Shown piece by piece: positions 1-13,390 of a stretch of DNA of 64,000 nucleotides (position 1 is the stretch's first letter; every line of letters starts with the position of its first letter). The translations under genes and the position numbers were made by a program. This DNA comes from Octopus vulgaris (lineage: Eukaryota). The stretch covers positions 29,450,001 to 29,514,000 of the forward strand of contig OX597836.1 of assembly GCA_951406725.2 (NCBI GenBank), read 5' to 3'. The notes under the pieces were generated by a model. The model did not search any database and had not been told where the DNA came from. It worked only from the letters and a program-made list of their open reading frames with translations.

Positions 1-184
1 AAGAGATGTAGAGATGTAGATTGATTTGTTGAGGTAGGGTGTGTAAAAAGGTTTCTTGATACATGTGGGTAGAACACACAGGTCGGGGACGAGCAGATAT
101 CAATGGTGCAGTGAGACAGGGAGTATGGGTGAAACACAGGTTTCTCAAAAATCATGGTGACTCCTTTTTCTTTCTCTGACTAGC

Positions 185-990
185 ATGATTGTACTGAGAG
201 TAGGATGTGTGAATGTGTATGACCTGAGATCAGCTTGAAAGCAAGGTCACTTGCTCAATGATCTCAGATTGCTTGATTTAGATGTGTCTGCCATTAGTGA
301 AACAAGAATTTCTACAAAGCATGCTCTAGCAACTATATTCTCACCTTGCGACCTATTAGGAGCAGGTGGCAGTGCAGCAATGCTATTCCCGAAAATCCTT
401 AGATCTCCAAGTACAGGCAATCTTCTTGGACCCGGACGGTAAGGTGGCGATCCTAGACGTGAATGGCAGTGGAAATGGCGCCTTTAGACTAGTAGCTGTT
501 TATGTCCCCGACAGGGACTAGAAGGCCAGATTTCTTCAAGCATCTAGAAACATTCTTGGGAACGTCTTGCACTCTAGTACTAGTGGAGGACTGGAATTGT
601 ATTTTGGTTGCACAGAAGGACTGTGTGTTTCTAATACATAGCAGAAGGGGGTGTAAACCTGCTCAGAAATTTCCAACTGTCTAACAGGTACCGACTAGAT
701 TTCCTTGATGTGCCAATGTGGTCATGGTGCAACCACAACGGATCATACAGATCGTATCTAGATAGAGTATTTGCTTGGTCAGAGGATAGGAGTAGCATAG
801 GTTTTCCACAATTTAAATTAGTCGGCTACACATAGCACAAATTTGTGATATGCACAGTCATTTTAGATAGGACTCATAGACAGGAACGCGACGTTACTGG
901 CATGCAAAGACTACAGAGGCTGGATTAGTGAATTAGTTAAGCGGCAGTTAACAGGGAAATATCAACAACTGGTGGTGGATCATCCTCAGG
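185..990 (+). mobile_element. Degenerate L1/Tx1-clade LINE ORF2, apurinic endonuclease domain
   Basis: Broken translation gives GCVNV...AISETR...RLVAVY.P...LVLVEDWNCIL...WSWCNHNGSYRSYLDRVF...T*HK, the conserved APE blocks, with stops and frameshifts. Confidence 0.8.
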
Positions 991-2867
991 AGAGAATTAT
1001 GCATTCTTTCTGTTTCTTTCATCTTTCTCAGCATAGAGACCTTTGATTCTAGACGTAGTTGATATATTTAACTATCTACTTATTTCTGCCTGTGTTCACA
1101 AACTGCTGATTCCCACCCTGTTCATTTCCCTCTTAGCTATTAGTCTATCTAATCTTCCACCCTTTATTATGCATTCTTTCTGTTTCTTTCATCTTTCTCA
1201 GCATAGCCATAGCTTTCCCCTTCTAACACGACAGAAAAAGGGTACCAACAAACAAAAGTCTTAGCGTATGTGTGACATGGGCATGATTGTGTGGTAAGAA
1301 GTTGCTTTCCAACCACATGGTTCCCGGTTCTATTCTCATTGCATGACACATTGCACACATGTCCTCTAATGCAACCCAGGGCTGATCAAAGCCCCATGAG
1401 TTAATTTGGTAGATAGAAACTGAAAGAACACTCTTGTATATTTGTATATATATCCGTGTGTGTGTGTGTTCATGTCCTTGTGTTTGTGTTTGTCCCCCAT
1501 CACCTCTTGACAACCTCTTGTTTATGTTGCTATAACTTAGCAGTTCAGCAAAGGAGTCTGACGGAATAAGTACCATTATGTGGCTGTATGGTAAGAAGCT
1601 TGCTTCCCAACAATATGGTTCCAGTTTCAGTCCCACTGCATGGCACCTTGGGCAAGTGTCTTCTACTATAGCCCCGGGCTGACCAAAGCCTTGTGAGTGG
1701 ATTTGGTAGATAGAAAGAAGCCTATTATATGTGTAACTCTTGTTTATCCAACTTAGCACAATCTAATCCTCATTTTATAGTGTTCATAATAATAATAATT
1801 ATCTTTATTATTGTACATTTATTTATCCATTTAGCTACAAAGTTCATCTATTCCATGCCGTATGTTATAGTAAAGTTAAGAAATCCAGTGCTCAGTTGTC
1901 TCTCATTTTACCACTGTAATTATAATTATTGTTCAGTTACTTAATTATCTAACCACAGGCAGATAGATATGTATATATATCTATGTATGTTTGTCTGGAG
2001 AACTGGTGTTGGTATATTTACATCCCTGTAACTTAGCAATTCAGCAAAAGAGACAAACAGAATAAGTACTAGACTTAAAAATAAGTCTTGGAGGTCGGTC
2101 GATATGTTTGACTAAAATCCATTTAAGCAGTACTCCAGCATGGCCACAGTCAAATGAGTGAAACAAGTAAAAGAATAAAAGAATACAAATACTGAGATCA
2201 ATTTGTCTGACTAAACCCTTCCAGCCTCCAGCACAATGGCCCAATGGTTAGGGCAGCGGACTCACGGTCGGAGGATTGCGGTTTCAATTCCCAGACTGGG
2301 TGTTGTGTGTGTTTATTGAGCGAAAACACCTAAAGCTCCACGAGGCTCTGGCAGGGGGTGGCGGCAACCCCTGTTGTACTCTTTCGCCACAACTTTCTCT
2401 CACTCTTTCTTCCTGTTTCTTGAGTAACACTGCGATGGACTGGCCTCCTGTCCAGCAGGGGGGAACACATACGCCAGAGAAACCGGGAAACCGGGCCCAT
2501 GAGCCTGGCTATGCGTGATAAGGATGTAAAAAAAAAGCCTTCCAGCCAGTGCTCCAGCATGGCCACAGTCTACTGACGAAAGCAAGTAGAAGATAGAAGA
2601 CATGTTTTAAGGTTATTAGGATAGCACCAACAAAAACCATTTCTGAATGAATAAGACAAATAAATGCGTGGTTTCCCATTTTTTTTACCAAGCAGTTTTA
2701 TATGAACTAAAAAAAAGGAAGACAACTTCGTTTTTGGATGAGATTTCATAATAAATTAGAAATTAATGTGATTTTGATGAGAAATGTGACATTTAATATA
2801 CCAATAAAACAGTGAAATCGTATGAAGGCTGCAATTAAAACTTAATAAAGACAAAAATTAAACAAGC

Positions 2868-2913
2868 ACCATCACCACCATCATCAACATCATTGTCACT
2901 ATCATCGTCGTCG

Positions 2914-2969
<56 letters not shown>

Positions 2970-3034
2970 GTCATCGTCATCATCACATTGTCATCATAGT
3001 TATTGTCATCAATGCCGCCACCACCAGTATCATC

Positions 3035-3068
<34 letters not shown>

Positions 3069-3099
3069 TCACTGGCATCATCATCATCATCATCACTGG

Positions 3100-3133
<34 letters not shown>

Positions 3134-3280
3134 TTAGTTCTTATTGTCATCAATGCTGCCACCACCAGTACCACCACCACCACCACCACCACCACCACCA
3201 GTACCACCACCACCAGTACCACCACCACCACCACCACCACCACCACCATCACCACCACCACCACCGCCACCTACATCATT
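2868..3280. repeat. (CAT)n/(CAC)n compound microsatellite
   Basis: Direct reading; explains the poly-S/H/P/G/V ORFs. Confidence 0.95.
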
Positions 3281-3769
3281 ATCTTTCTTTTTTATGAGAT
3301 TGAACAGGTTGCCACATTCCAAGTCAGTTTTTAGCACAAAGTCATTGAACCCACCTCACCCCCACCCCCAACTCCAGCCAGATCAGAGAACTACATATTC
3401 CTCATACTTTCCATTTTTGTTGTTTCTAGAGCTGGATACCCTTTCTAACATCCATCACTACACCAGTGATTGGGGGGTGGGGAGTGTTAGTCCGCTAGTT
3501 CACATTACTCTTTAAGGAACGTAGGGCCATTCTCTCAGTTTCTCTGGTGTATATATTCCTCCCTGGATGGGACGCCAGCCCATTATAGGATTACTCATTT
3601 TTACCAGATCAGTGGACTGAGGCAGAGTGAAATGAAGTGTCTTGCTCAAGAACATAATGCATCACCCAGTCCAGAAATCGGAACCACAGTCTTATGACCA
3701 TGAGTCCAACACTCTAACCACTAAGCCACATGCCTCCACACCAATCACTGAATGGCTGCTATTGTTTAA

Positions 3770-3990
3770 CCCTTTTATTAGCAACCTGGCTGAAACCGGC
3801 TCTGGCCCTGAGTACAAATGTCTTGTTTTCAAAAGTTCTGAATTAAAATCTTCCACCAAACCTTAGTCACAATTTATGTTCCTAACTTTAGCTTAATGAT
3901 AACTAAGTTATTTTACTAAATTCTTTGTTATATTTAAAATTAATTGAAAGAAACACAGAGCATCTCAAAATAAATACAGTAATGAAAGGG
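3770..3990. mobile_element. piggyBac-type MITE (second copy, inverted, at 25082-25302)
   Basis: TTAA on both flanks; CCCTTT...AAAGGG termini. Confidence 0.8.
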
Positions 3991-4137
3991 TTAAGTGTAT
4001 AAATGCAGAGAGATGGCAAAATAATTAGCACTGTGGGAAAAAATGCTCAGTAGCCTTTCAGTTGAACCATTACATTCTGAGTTCAAATGCTGCCAAGGTC
4101 AACTTTGCCTTTAAAATTCTACAGGGCCAATAAAATA

Positions 4138-4353
4138 CAAGGGAGTGCTGAAAAGTTCCTGGTTTGGATAAAAGAAAATACAGGAGGCTCAGTTATTTAT
4201 GATTTTATTCAACATATTCCCCTCTCAGATTCACACCCTTATTGCAGCAGTCCTTCAGTTTTTCTAAGCCCTGTTAAAGAACTTGGAAGGTTGGGCCTCC
4301 AGCCAGGCCTTTTATGATACCCTTAAAGTCAGTAACTTCTTAGCACCTCCTTG
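4138..4353. mobile_element. Mariner-type MITE inserted in a SINE (second copy, inverted, at 61704-61925)
   Basis: TA flanks; TIR CAAGGGAGTGCTGAAAAGTTCCTGG with an imperfect complement at the right end. Confidence 0.8.
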
Positions 4354-4744
4354 TAAATACCAGTCAAGCACTGGAACCAATGGAATCAATTAGTCGTGCC
4401 AGAGATGAAATGCTTATTTCAGCAAAATAAATTATTATTGTTATTTGTTTGGAGATTCTTGTTCCCACTATTTTCCTTTCCACGACTATGTAAGGAATTG
4501 TGAGGCACCCAACCAGTGCCAACCTCATTTCCTACAAACTGAAGCCAGGTATTCATGTCACAGTATTTGCTCAAGACATCTAGCATGGAAGAATTGCATC
4601 AGTCTGAGCTAGTCAGCTGACCAGGTAATAATGAATGGAGGCTAATTCCAGGATATTGGGTTTGAAGAACTGCTTATTGCTTATGATTTGGCAAAATGTA
4701 GATATACAGGCAAGCCTGGGTCTATGCTAGTTTGATTTATACCT

Positions 4745-5162
4745 ATTTCTATTTCTTTACTACCCACAAGGGGCTAAACACAGAAGGAACAAACAAGGAC
4801 AGACGAATGGATTAAGTCCATTACATCGACCCCAGTGTGTAACTGGTGCTTAATTTATCGACCCCAAAAGGATGAAAGGCAAAGTCAACCTCGGCGGAAT
4901 TTGAACTCAGAACGCAGTGGCGGAAGAAATACCTAATTCTTTACTACCCACAAGGAGCTAAACACAGAGAGGACAAACAAGGACAGATGGATTAAGTCGA
5001 TTATATCGACCCCAGTGTGTAACTGGTACTTATTTAATTGACCCTGAAAGGATGAAAGGCAAAGTCGACCTCAGTGGAATTTGAACTCAGAACATAGCGA
5101 CAGATGAAATCCCTCTAAGCATTTCGCCTGGCGTGCTAACGATTTTGCCAGCTCACCGCCTT
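4745..5162 (-). mobile_element. Tandem pair of tRNA-derived SINE family A (Meta/MESC-like central domain)
   Basis: Reverse complement of the 20763 copy; further copies at 6757-7207, 18838-19210, 23230-23850, 41853-42083, 42984-43204, 52760-53055. Confidence 0.85.
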
Positions 5163-5379
5163 AGTTTGATTTATACTAATTAACAAATAATGCTAGTTTG
5201 AGATTTTCCTCAAGTTTGTTCAAGTTTTCACTGCTGTGTTAAAAGAGAAACTTCAACTAATTAACACAAACTGACCTTTTAAAGTGAAATTATTGTATAA
5301 TAAGAGGGCAAAAACGAATAGCAATGTCAGATAAGAAATTAGTGAATCCAAGTATTTAAATTGTCTCAGAAAATCGTGA

Positions 5380-5660
5380 TGAGCCATAACTTTATAAGAT
5401 TATATACAATTCATAAAATTATATGCAAGTCATACAGGTCTCTGAATGAAGAAGGGGGTGACCTACCTAGTGTTTGTAGGGCTATGAATCTACTTCCATT
5501 GACTGTAACAAGGATCAGGAAGAATGCAAAGGAAATAAAACGTTTGATGCAGCAAGCTATTGATGTGATGCGAGTGAGTTATTCTTACGGGAAATTAGTG
5601 GAATTGATGGAACTCTTCATGTTGTGGGTGGAAGATGGAAAGCAGAGTCAAGCTATCATT
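5380..5660 (+). mobile_element. pogo/Tigger transposase remnant (CENP-B-like HTH N-terminus)
   Basis: EEGGDLPSVCRAMNLLPLTVTRIRKNAKEIK...ELMELFMLWVEDGKQ resembles the Tigger psq-HTH and ME..L..W.ED..Q blocks. Confidence 0.6.
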
Positions 5661-6006
5661 CAGTCCCTTCTGTTACCCTTTTACTCTTTTACTTGTTTCA
5701 GTCATTTGACTGTGGCCATGCTGGAGCACCGCCTTTAGTCGAGCAAATCGCCCCCAGGACTTATTCTTTGGAAGCCTAGAACTTATTCTATCGGTCTCTT
5801 TTGCCGAACCGCTAAGTTACAGGGACGTAAACACACCATCATGACTGCACATATGCACACATACACACACACACACACATATATATATACGTGCACGCAG
5901 CCATGCACACGGGTCTGTCACAATGTTATTAACACGTCTTTTGGTAAACAACAACGGGTAAATTCTTTTATATTATTTATTCAAATTACCCAAATCATTA
6001 AAATAT

Positions 6007-6206
6007 CATGGAGATGTACTTGCATAGCAAGTGACCTGATCTGAGATTGTTTACTGAAATAAAAACAATTGCAGTATGGAAGGTGTTTATAAGCCATTTA
6101 AAAACACAAAAATTATTAGATTCACTTCAACATTTAAATTTAATTTGTCAAAATATTTTCCTCACTTTGAGACCACGACCTGTTCACTGACAAAATTCTG
6201 TGCTGC
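6007..6206 (-). mobile_element. ~200-bp non-autonomous Penelope-like/retrozyme-like element with a variant hammerhead (copies at 17499-17792 and 27707-27909)
   Basis: 13-bp TSD ATCATTAAAATAT (5994-6006 and 6207-6219); three related copies in the window. Confidence 0.65.
6144..6194 (-). ncRNA. Hammerhead-like motif with a G3:C8 core variant
   Basis: Minus strand: TTTGTCA GTGAACA G GTCGT-ggtctcaaa-GTGAG GAAA ATAT TT TGACAAA (7-bp stem I, partly decayed stem II, palindromic stem III). Confidence 0.55.
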
Positions 6207-7734
6207 ATCATTAAAATATTACCACCAACAAATTATGAAGCAACATGTAACATATTTAGCCAAACAAGATAAAGGGATTGTGATTTTTTTTCTAATCATG
6301 TTCCTGTACTTTTATTTTATGTTATGTGCAAACAAACAATCATGTCATGATGGTTCAGAAGCACTAAGAATTTGTATTCACGTGATATTTTGTATATTAA
6401 ACGTTTTTATAAGTCAATACCTTGTTCTGCAGTGTTAGTAGAGCACTTTTACATTACTTCTTAAGATTATCTTTACAGATAATCTATAGAAATTAGAGCC
6501 AGCACTAGTTTTCGCTATGACATTTCATATACGAGATGTCAGATGTAAACAGGCAATGAGATAGAAGATGAAAAACAGATAATAGGTGTACATGCTATAT
6601 TTCGGAGGTTTTTGCCTCTTCATCAGCACCCACCAAACCCATTAATCATCCTCAAACACATTGCATATATATATCCACTATATCTAGTGGTGTGTAGTTA
6701 TTGGATATAGTAATTTACATATTAAACGCATTCCTGGAATTGGTACATAAATGGTTATTTCTTTTATTGCCCACAGGGGACTAAACATAGCGGGGACAAA
6801 CAAGGACAGACAAAGGGATTAAGTCAATTACATCGACCCCAGTACGCAACTGGTACTTAATTTATTGACCCCCAAAAGGATGAAAGTCAAAGTCGACCTC
6901 GACAGAATTTGAACTCAGAACAAAATACCCGCAGACGAAATACTGCTAAGCATTTCACCCGGCGTGCTGACAATTCTTATTTCTTTATTGCCCACAGGGG
7001 ACTATACATAGAGGGGACAAACAAGAACAGACAAAGGGATTAAGTCGATTACATTGACCCCAGTACGCAACTGGTACTTAATTTAATGACCCCCAAAATG
7101 ATGAAAGGCAAAGTCAATCTCAGCTGAATTTGAACTCAGAACATAACGGCAGACAAAATACCGATATGCATTTCACCTGGCGTGTTGACAATTCAGCCAG
7201 CTCACCAACCAGAAACTGGTACATAAATGTTAATGACTTATAGGTATGTAGTAATTCATTATGCAGCCATAGTATACTATGAAGTATATAAACGTTTTTA
7301 TAAGTCAATATTGTGTTCTCCTGTGTTAGCAGTGCTACTACATTACTTGTTCAGGTCATCTCTACAGATTATCATTAGAAATTATAGCCAGAAATGATTG
7401 CTTCGTTTTGTATACAAGACATCAACTGTAAACAAACAATGAGATCAAAGATGAGAAAAGGGTAATGAGTGAATATGCCATATTTCAGGATTTTTTTCCC
7501 CGCTTCATTGGTACCCATCCAACTCTTTGATCACCCTCAAGCACATTGCAAAAATTAGTGCTGGCTATAATCTCTACAGTATTATCTGTAGAGATTAACC
7601 TTAACAAGTAATCGCAAAGAAGTATGCCTTGTGACCACATTCTTATACGTTCAATTCCCCCTTGGCAACATACAGGGTCCATATTCTCTACAATTGACTT
7701 GTCACTCAAATTTAGTTGATGAATGCTATTTCTA

Positions 7735-7767
<33 letters not shown>

Positions 7768-8233
7768 GCATCATTATCATCATCATCATGAACATCAATG
7801 ACATACTGCCAACTATCGAACTCCTGAATTTACAATCATGATCCAAGCGCCCCAACCACTAAGTCATACACCTTCACATATACATATATATGCCTATATA
7901 TCTGTACATACATATATGTGTGTTCATATATATATATAGATACATATATATATATATCTTAAATCTTAGGGAATAATAAGTATTCCAGGTTATCGGGACG
8001 TTTACTATTTTACACTTAACTAATGCTATGCAAACAGTATCATATATAATATTATTACAAATTTATAATATTATCCCAAATTTGTAATAATATTATATAT
8101 ATCAGAACATCTATCTATCAATGTGTGTGTGTGTGTTTGTGTGTAAATATATACATATATATATGTGTGTGTATGTAACGTATATATACATCCATATATG
8201 TATACATATACATACACATATATGCATACATAC

Positions 8234-8295
<62 letters not shown>

Positions 8296-8469
8296 TAAAT
8301 ATTAGGGAATAAATCCAAATTTACAGGGAAAAAATCAGATTTAGGATTAAATCCAATTTTATAGTAAAATATTATAAAATATTATTAGAGACAAAACCAC
8401 TATTTTGCAAAACAAACAAGGAAAGACTTAATCAATACATAAAATTTTAATAAATAGTCAAAAAAACCG

Positions 8470-8512
8470 CCACTACAATCGTTTCTTGTCTTGATCGACA
8501 ATCTTCAGGTGG
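8470..8512 (-). ncRNA. Minimal type I hammerhead ribozyme (mirror copy of 11410-11452)
   Basis: Exact reverse complement of the + strand motif. Confidence 0.85.
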
Positions 8513-11409
8513 ACTTCAATCTAAAATATCAATATTTTAAAATATACAAATAATAATTTTAAAATAATTAAAGTATGAATGAAAAAATATAAATATATAA
8601 TCCATATATAACCTATATATAATCCATATATAATCAATATATAAACAATATATAAACTAAAATAAACCTATCAACAATTAAATATAAAATATAAAATATA
8701 AAACAAAACAAAAAAATAATAATAATATAATAATAAACTATATATACACCCATACACATATACCTAATTATATATAACCATATCTAACTACATACACTAA
8801 ACCACTCACCTATATATATATCCCTATACATTCACATAAAAACGTCTAGGCAACTATAAATAAATAAAATAGCTAAATACTTCAACACAATACTTATTCA
8901 TACTCCCACACACACACACATACAACCCACATTCACGCTCTAGAAAACGGACATCACTCAAAATTATGAACGGAGAAATGGAATAAATGGAATTAAAAAT
9001 TATATTCACTTGGTAAAACGAACACTACTTAAAAATTATGAATGAAACAATGCAATAAAACAACAGACATCGCAAATATACACAAATTACTACGAATTCC
9101 TTAACAAACCTACCATGATAAACCAAAACTCACAAAAACATATAATGATAAAATCTCCCTTTACTAAACTCTATAACATACCTATATAGCAATCCCCCTA
9201 ACCTAAACATTCACACACAAATACACACACGTAAACCACACACCCACGACATATACAAATACCCACACCACTTACACATACCAATACATACATATAAACC
9301 TCAACATATACTCCAAAAACCCACTCAACCCCACACAGACAAATTTTTTAAAGAATCCATTCATAATAATTTTTTTAAGTAGTGTTGGTTTGCCACGTGG
9401 ATATAGTTTTTAGTTCCATTTATTCTTTTTCTCCATTCATAATTTTAAATGACGTTTACTTTCCATGACGCGTATTCTTTTTTTTTTTTTTTTTTTTTTT
9501 TTTACATAAGTTATTTCTATGGTAACGTATTTTTGGTTTGATTTTTTTAACGGCTAAGAATTTAATTTCACTTTATAATTTGAAACTGACTTGTAAGTAT
9601 GTATTTTATTTATCCTTATGTCATATTGTTATTTTTGATATTCTGGTTAATTACGATGTATTTAATGTTGTTTTCATAGGAGTGTTTATGTATATGAGAT
9701 TGTGTGTGAGTTTTTAGTTGTATAATTTATTTATCTGTATGAGTGTGGGTGTGTAAATATTGTTGTATATATCGAGTTTAGTGAGTATGTATATGCGTAT
9801 ATGTGAGGGAGTATATGTATCTGTTGTGTGTGTGTGTTTTGCCTGTGTGTGTGTTTGTGTGTGAATGTGTATATGGGTTTGTTATTTAGGTTTTGGGATG
9901 TATGTGTTAATTTGTCTGTGTGTGGAGGGAGTGGATTTTGGTGTATATTGAGGTTTATAAGTTAGTATAGGTATGTGTATAAGTCGTGGGTCTGTGGTTT
10001 ACGTGTGTGTATTTGTGTGTGAATGTTTAGGTTAGGGGGATTGCTATATAGGTTTGTTATAGAGTTTAGCAAAGGGAGATTTTATCGTTATATGTTTTTA
10101 AGAGTTTTGGTTTATCATGGTTTTTTTTAGGGAATTCGTGGTAATTTGTCTATTTTCGATGTTGGTTGTTTTATTGCATTGTTTCATTCATAATTTTTGA
10201 GTGGTGTTCGTTTTGCCACGTGAATATTATTTTTAATTCCATTTATTCCATTTCTCCATTCATTAATTTAGAGATGTTCGTTTCCGGAGCGGTTATACTT
10301 TTTATACATATGTTAAGTTCCTTGGTAAAGTAATTTTGTTTGGTGTATATGTTGAGGCTTATATGTACTTGTGGGTGTGTGTGAGTGGGGTGGGTGTTTG
10401 TATTTGTTATGGGTGTGTGGTTTACGTGTGTGTTTTTGTGTGTGAATGTATAGGTTAAAGGGATTGCTATATAAGTATGTTATAGTGTTTAGTAAAGGGA
10501 GGTTTTATCATTTCTGTTTTGTGAGTTTTAGCTTATCATGGTAGTTTTATAAAAGAATCCATTCATAATTTTTGTGTTTATTTGTCTGTGTGGGGTTGAG
10601 TGGGTTTTTGGAGTATATGTTGAGGTTTATATGTATGTATTGGTATGTGTAAGTGGTGTGGGTATTTGTATATGTCGTGGGTGTGTGGTTTACGTGTGTG
10701 TATTTGTGTGTGAATGTTTAGGTTAGGGGGATTGCTATATAGGTATGTTATAGAGTTTAGTAAAGGGAGATTTTATCATTATATGTTTTTGTGAGTTTTG
10801 GTTTATCATGGTAGGTTTGTTAAGGAATTCGTAGTAATTTGTGTATATTTGCGATGTCTGTTGTTTTATTGCATTGTTTCATTCATAATTTTTAAGTAGT
10901 GTTCGTTTTACCAAGTGAATATAATTTTTAATTCCATTTATTCCATTTCTCCGTTCATAATTTTGAGTGATGTCCGTTTTCTAGAGCGTGAATGTGGGTT
11001 GTATGTGTGTGTGTGGGAGTATGAATAAGTATTGTGTTGAAGTATTTAGCTATTTTATTTATTTATAGTTGCCTAGACGTTTTTATGTGAATGTATAGGG
11101 ATATATATATAGGTGAGTGGTTTAGTGTATGTAGTTAGATATGGTTATATATAATTAGGTATATGTGTATGGGTGTATATATAGTTTATTATTATATTAT
11201 TATTATTATTTTGTTTTGTTTTATATTTTATATTTTATATTTAATTGTTGATAGGTTTATTTTAGTTTATATATTGTTTATATATTGATTATATATGGAT
11301 TATATATAGGTTATATATGGATTATATATTTATATTTTTTCATTCATACTTTAATTATTTTAAAATTATTATTTGTATATTTTAAAATATTGATATTTTA
11401 GATTGAAGT

Positions 11410-11452
11410 CCACCTGAAGATTGTCGATCAAGACAAGAAACGATTGTAGTGG
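11410..11452 (+). ncRNA. Minimal type I hammerhead ribozyme, intact core
   Basis: CCAC CTGAAGA TTGTC-gatcaa-GACAA GAAA C-gatt-G TA GTGG; predicted cleavage after GUA (11448). Confidence 0.85.
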
Positions 11453-11539
11453 CGGTTTTTTTGACTATTTATTAAAATTTTATGTATTGATTAAGTCTTT
11501 CCTTGTTTGTTTTGCAAAATAGTGGTTTTGTCTCTAATA

Positions 11540-11578
<39 letters not shown>

Positions 11579-13034
11579 ACCACGTGACCGACTAGACCAT
11601 CAAATGTTGCTACACATCGCTGGTCACAATGCGTTCGCATTGTTTTAGCCTTCGAACGACGCCACCCCGCTGGCTAAGCGAACAGGCCAACAGAAGAAAG
11701 AGTGGTGAATGAGTACAGCAGGGATCACCACCCCTTGCCGGAGCCTCGTGGAGCTTTTAGGTGTTTTCGCTCAATAAACACACACACACACACACACATA
11801 CATATATAGATGTGGAGGTGCAATGGCCTAGTGGTTAGGGCAGTGGACTCGCAGTCTTAAGATCGCAGTGGTGATTCCCAGAGTGGGCATTGTGAGTGTT
11901 CATTGAGCGAAAGCACCTAAAGCTCCACAGGGCTCTGGCAGAGTGTGGTGGCGAACCCTGCTGTACTCTTTCACCACAACTTTCTCTCACTCTTTCTTCC
12001 CATTTCTATTGTACCTGTATTTCAAAGGGCCAGCCTTGTCACACTCTGTGTCACGCTGAATCTCCCCAAGAACTATGTTAATAGTACTCGTGTCTGTAGA
12101 GTGCTCAGCCATTTGTACATTAATTTCACAAGCAGGCTGTTCCATTGATCGGATCAACTGGAATACTTGTCGTCATAACCAACGGAATGCCAACAACAAC
12201 GTATATAAATATACATACATACACATTTGTGCATGATGTTAAATATTCATGATGTTGTTTCTGCAAATTTAGTCACCTGACAGTGCATAAATCTATTTCT
12301 TATCTCAGAACTTTCGTTTGTTTTCTCTTGTTCCAGAACATTTGTAGGGTTTTCAGTGTTTTGTTGTTTTTTGTTTTCTTTTCCAATTTAGGAGGAAGGA
12401 CAGCTTTGATGACCATCTTTCGGGGCCTGCAAAACCCAGCATGGGAAGTGGAGGTGGAAGAGAGGATCATTGCATAACTCATAGGTTACCCTTAAACCAA
12501 ACACGGGGGAGACAATGATCAAAGCTATGATAAACTTACAGATATTGAAGAGACGGGGGAGACAAAGATCAAAGCTATGATAAACTTACAGATATTGGAG
12601 AGAATATTAAACAGGGCACCTTAGAAGATAATGGAATTTAAATGGTAGATTCTCAAACTTTGGGTATTTGGTTACATTCTGATATTCTGAGTTCAAATCC
12701 CAGCTAGACTCATTTTACCTTTCATCCTGCCTTCTGCTGAGAAGAGCTGGGATGAGCCCTAAAAATAAAAGGTAAGACAACGATTTCTACCGGAAGGATA
12801 AGTAATTAAATCATACATATGAATTTCTGATGAACTGCATTTTCTTTGAGCAAAGGAATAGATATCATCATCATCATCGTCGTTTAACGTCCGTTTTCCA
12901 CGCTAGCATGGGTTGGACGGTTCGACCGGGGTCTGGGAAGCCAGGGGCTGCATCAGGCTCCAGTCTGATCTGGCAGTGTTTCTACAGCTGGATGTCCTTC
13001 CTAACGCCAACCACTCCTTCATAACAATTATCCA

Positions 13035-13390
13035 AGCTTCTTAACATTTCTCAATGGTAACCTGTTGGTTGAATTTCATACCCAACCAATGATTACACTC
13101 AGGAAATGGGATATGTCGTCCTGTTACTTGTATGATTCAGGAGCGTCAGCTCTGACTGTTTGGTCATGTTGCTAAATTTTCTGCATTGGATTCTATGTAT
13201 TGTGTTTTTTTCTTTGTGGATCCGATTGGGATGACAGTTTGTGTTGGCTGACCACATGCCACATGGGCATGGTAGATGAATAAGTATCTCGCAGAGAGGG
13301 GACTAACTTAGACACTGCATGGAGGGTTGGCTGAGATAACTTGAGCAAATACTAACAAATGATGGAGACATAGATTCGATACAATGGTGG
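13035..13390 (+). mobile_element. Degenerate RTE-clade LINE 3' coding remnant
   Basis: Translation includes VTCMIQERQL*LFGHVAKF, matching the RQLR.FGHV.R motif of RTE C-termini. Confidence 0.6.

Larger units (their letters stand above)
8290..11549. mobile_element. Non-coding Penelope-like fold-back element inserted in (TA)n
   Basis: Near-identical inverted arms 8373-9344 and 10580-11549, each with a hammerhead; the spacer holds diverged copies of arm sequence. Confidence 0.75.

Noticed and set aside
2893-3515. Long poly-S/H/P/G/V ORFs (also 13686-14177, 31397-31855, 46578-46982, 49571-49985)
   Set aside because: These are trinucleotide microsatellites open in several frames on both strands, with no splice or homology support.
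5438-5573. Apparent AG...GTGAGT-bounded host exon
   Set aside because: Similarity to a pogo/Tigger transposase N-terminus continues past the donor, so it is better explained as a TE fossil.
8560-10500. AT-rich, strand-skewed sequence resembling a mitochondrial control-region NUMT
   Set aside because: No mitochondrial tRNA or gene remnants were recognised; the internal repeats and hammerheads fit a Penelope-like element better.
12502-12603. 50-bp tandem duplication
   Set aside because: Ordinary local slippage duplication with no sign of function.
12730-12775. Possible additional hammerhead (CCTT CTGCTGA...AGCCC TAAA...AAGG)
   Set aside because: Both core segments deviate from consensus and there is no second copy to support it.
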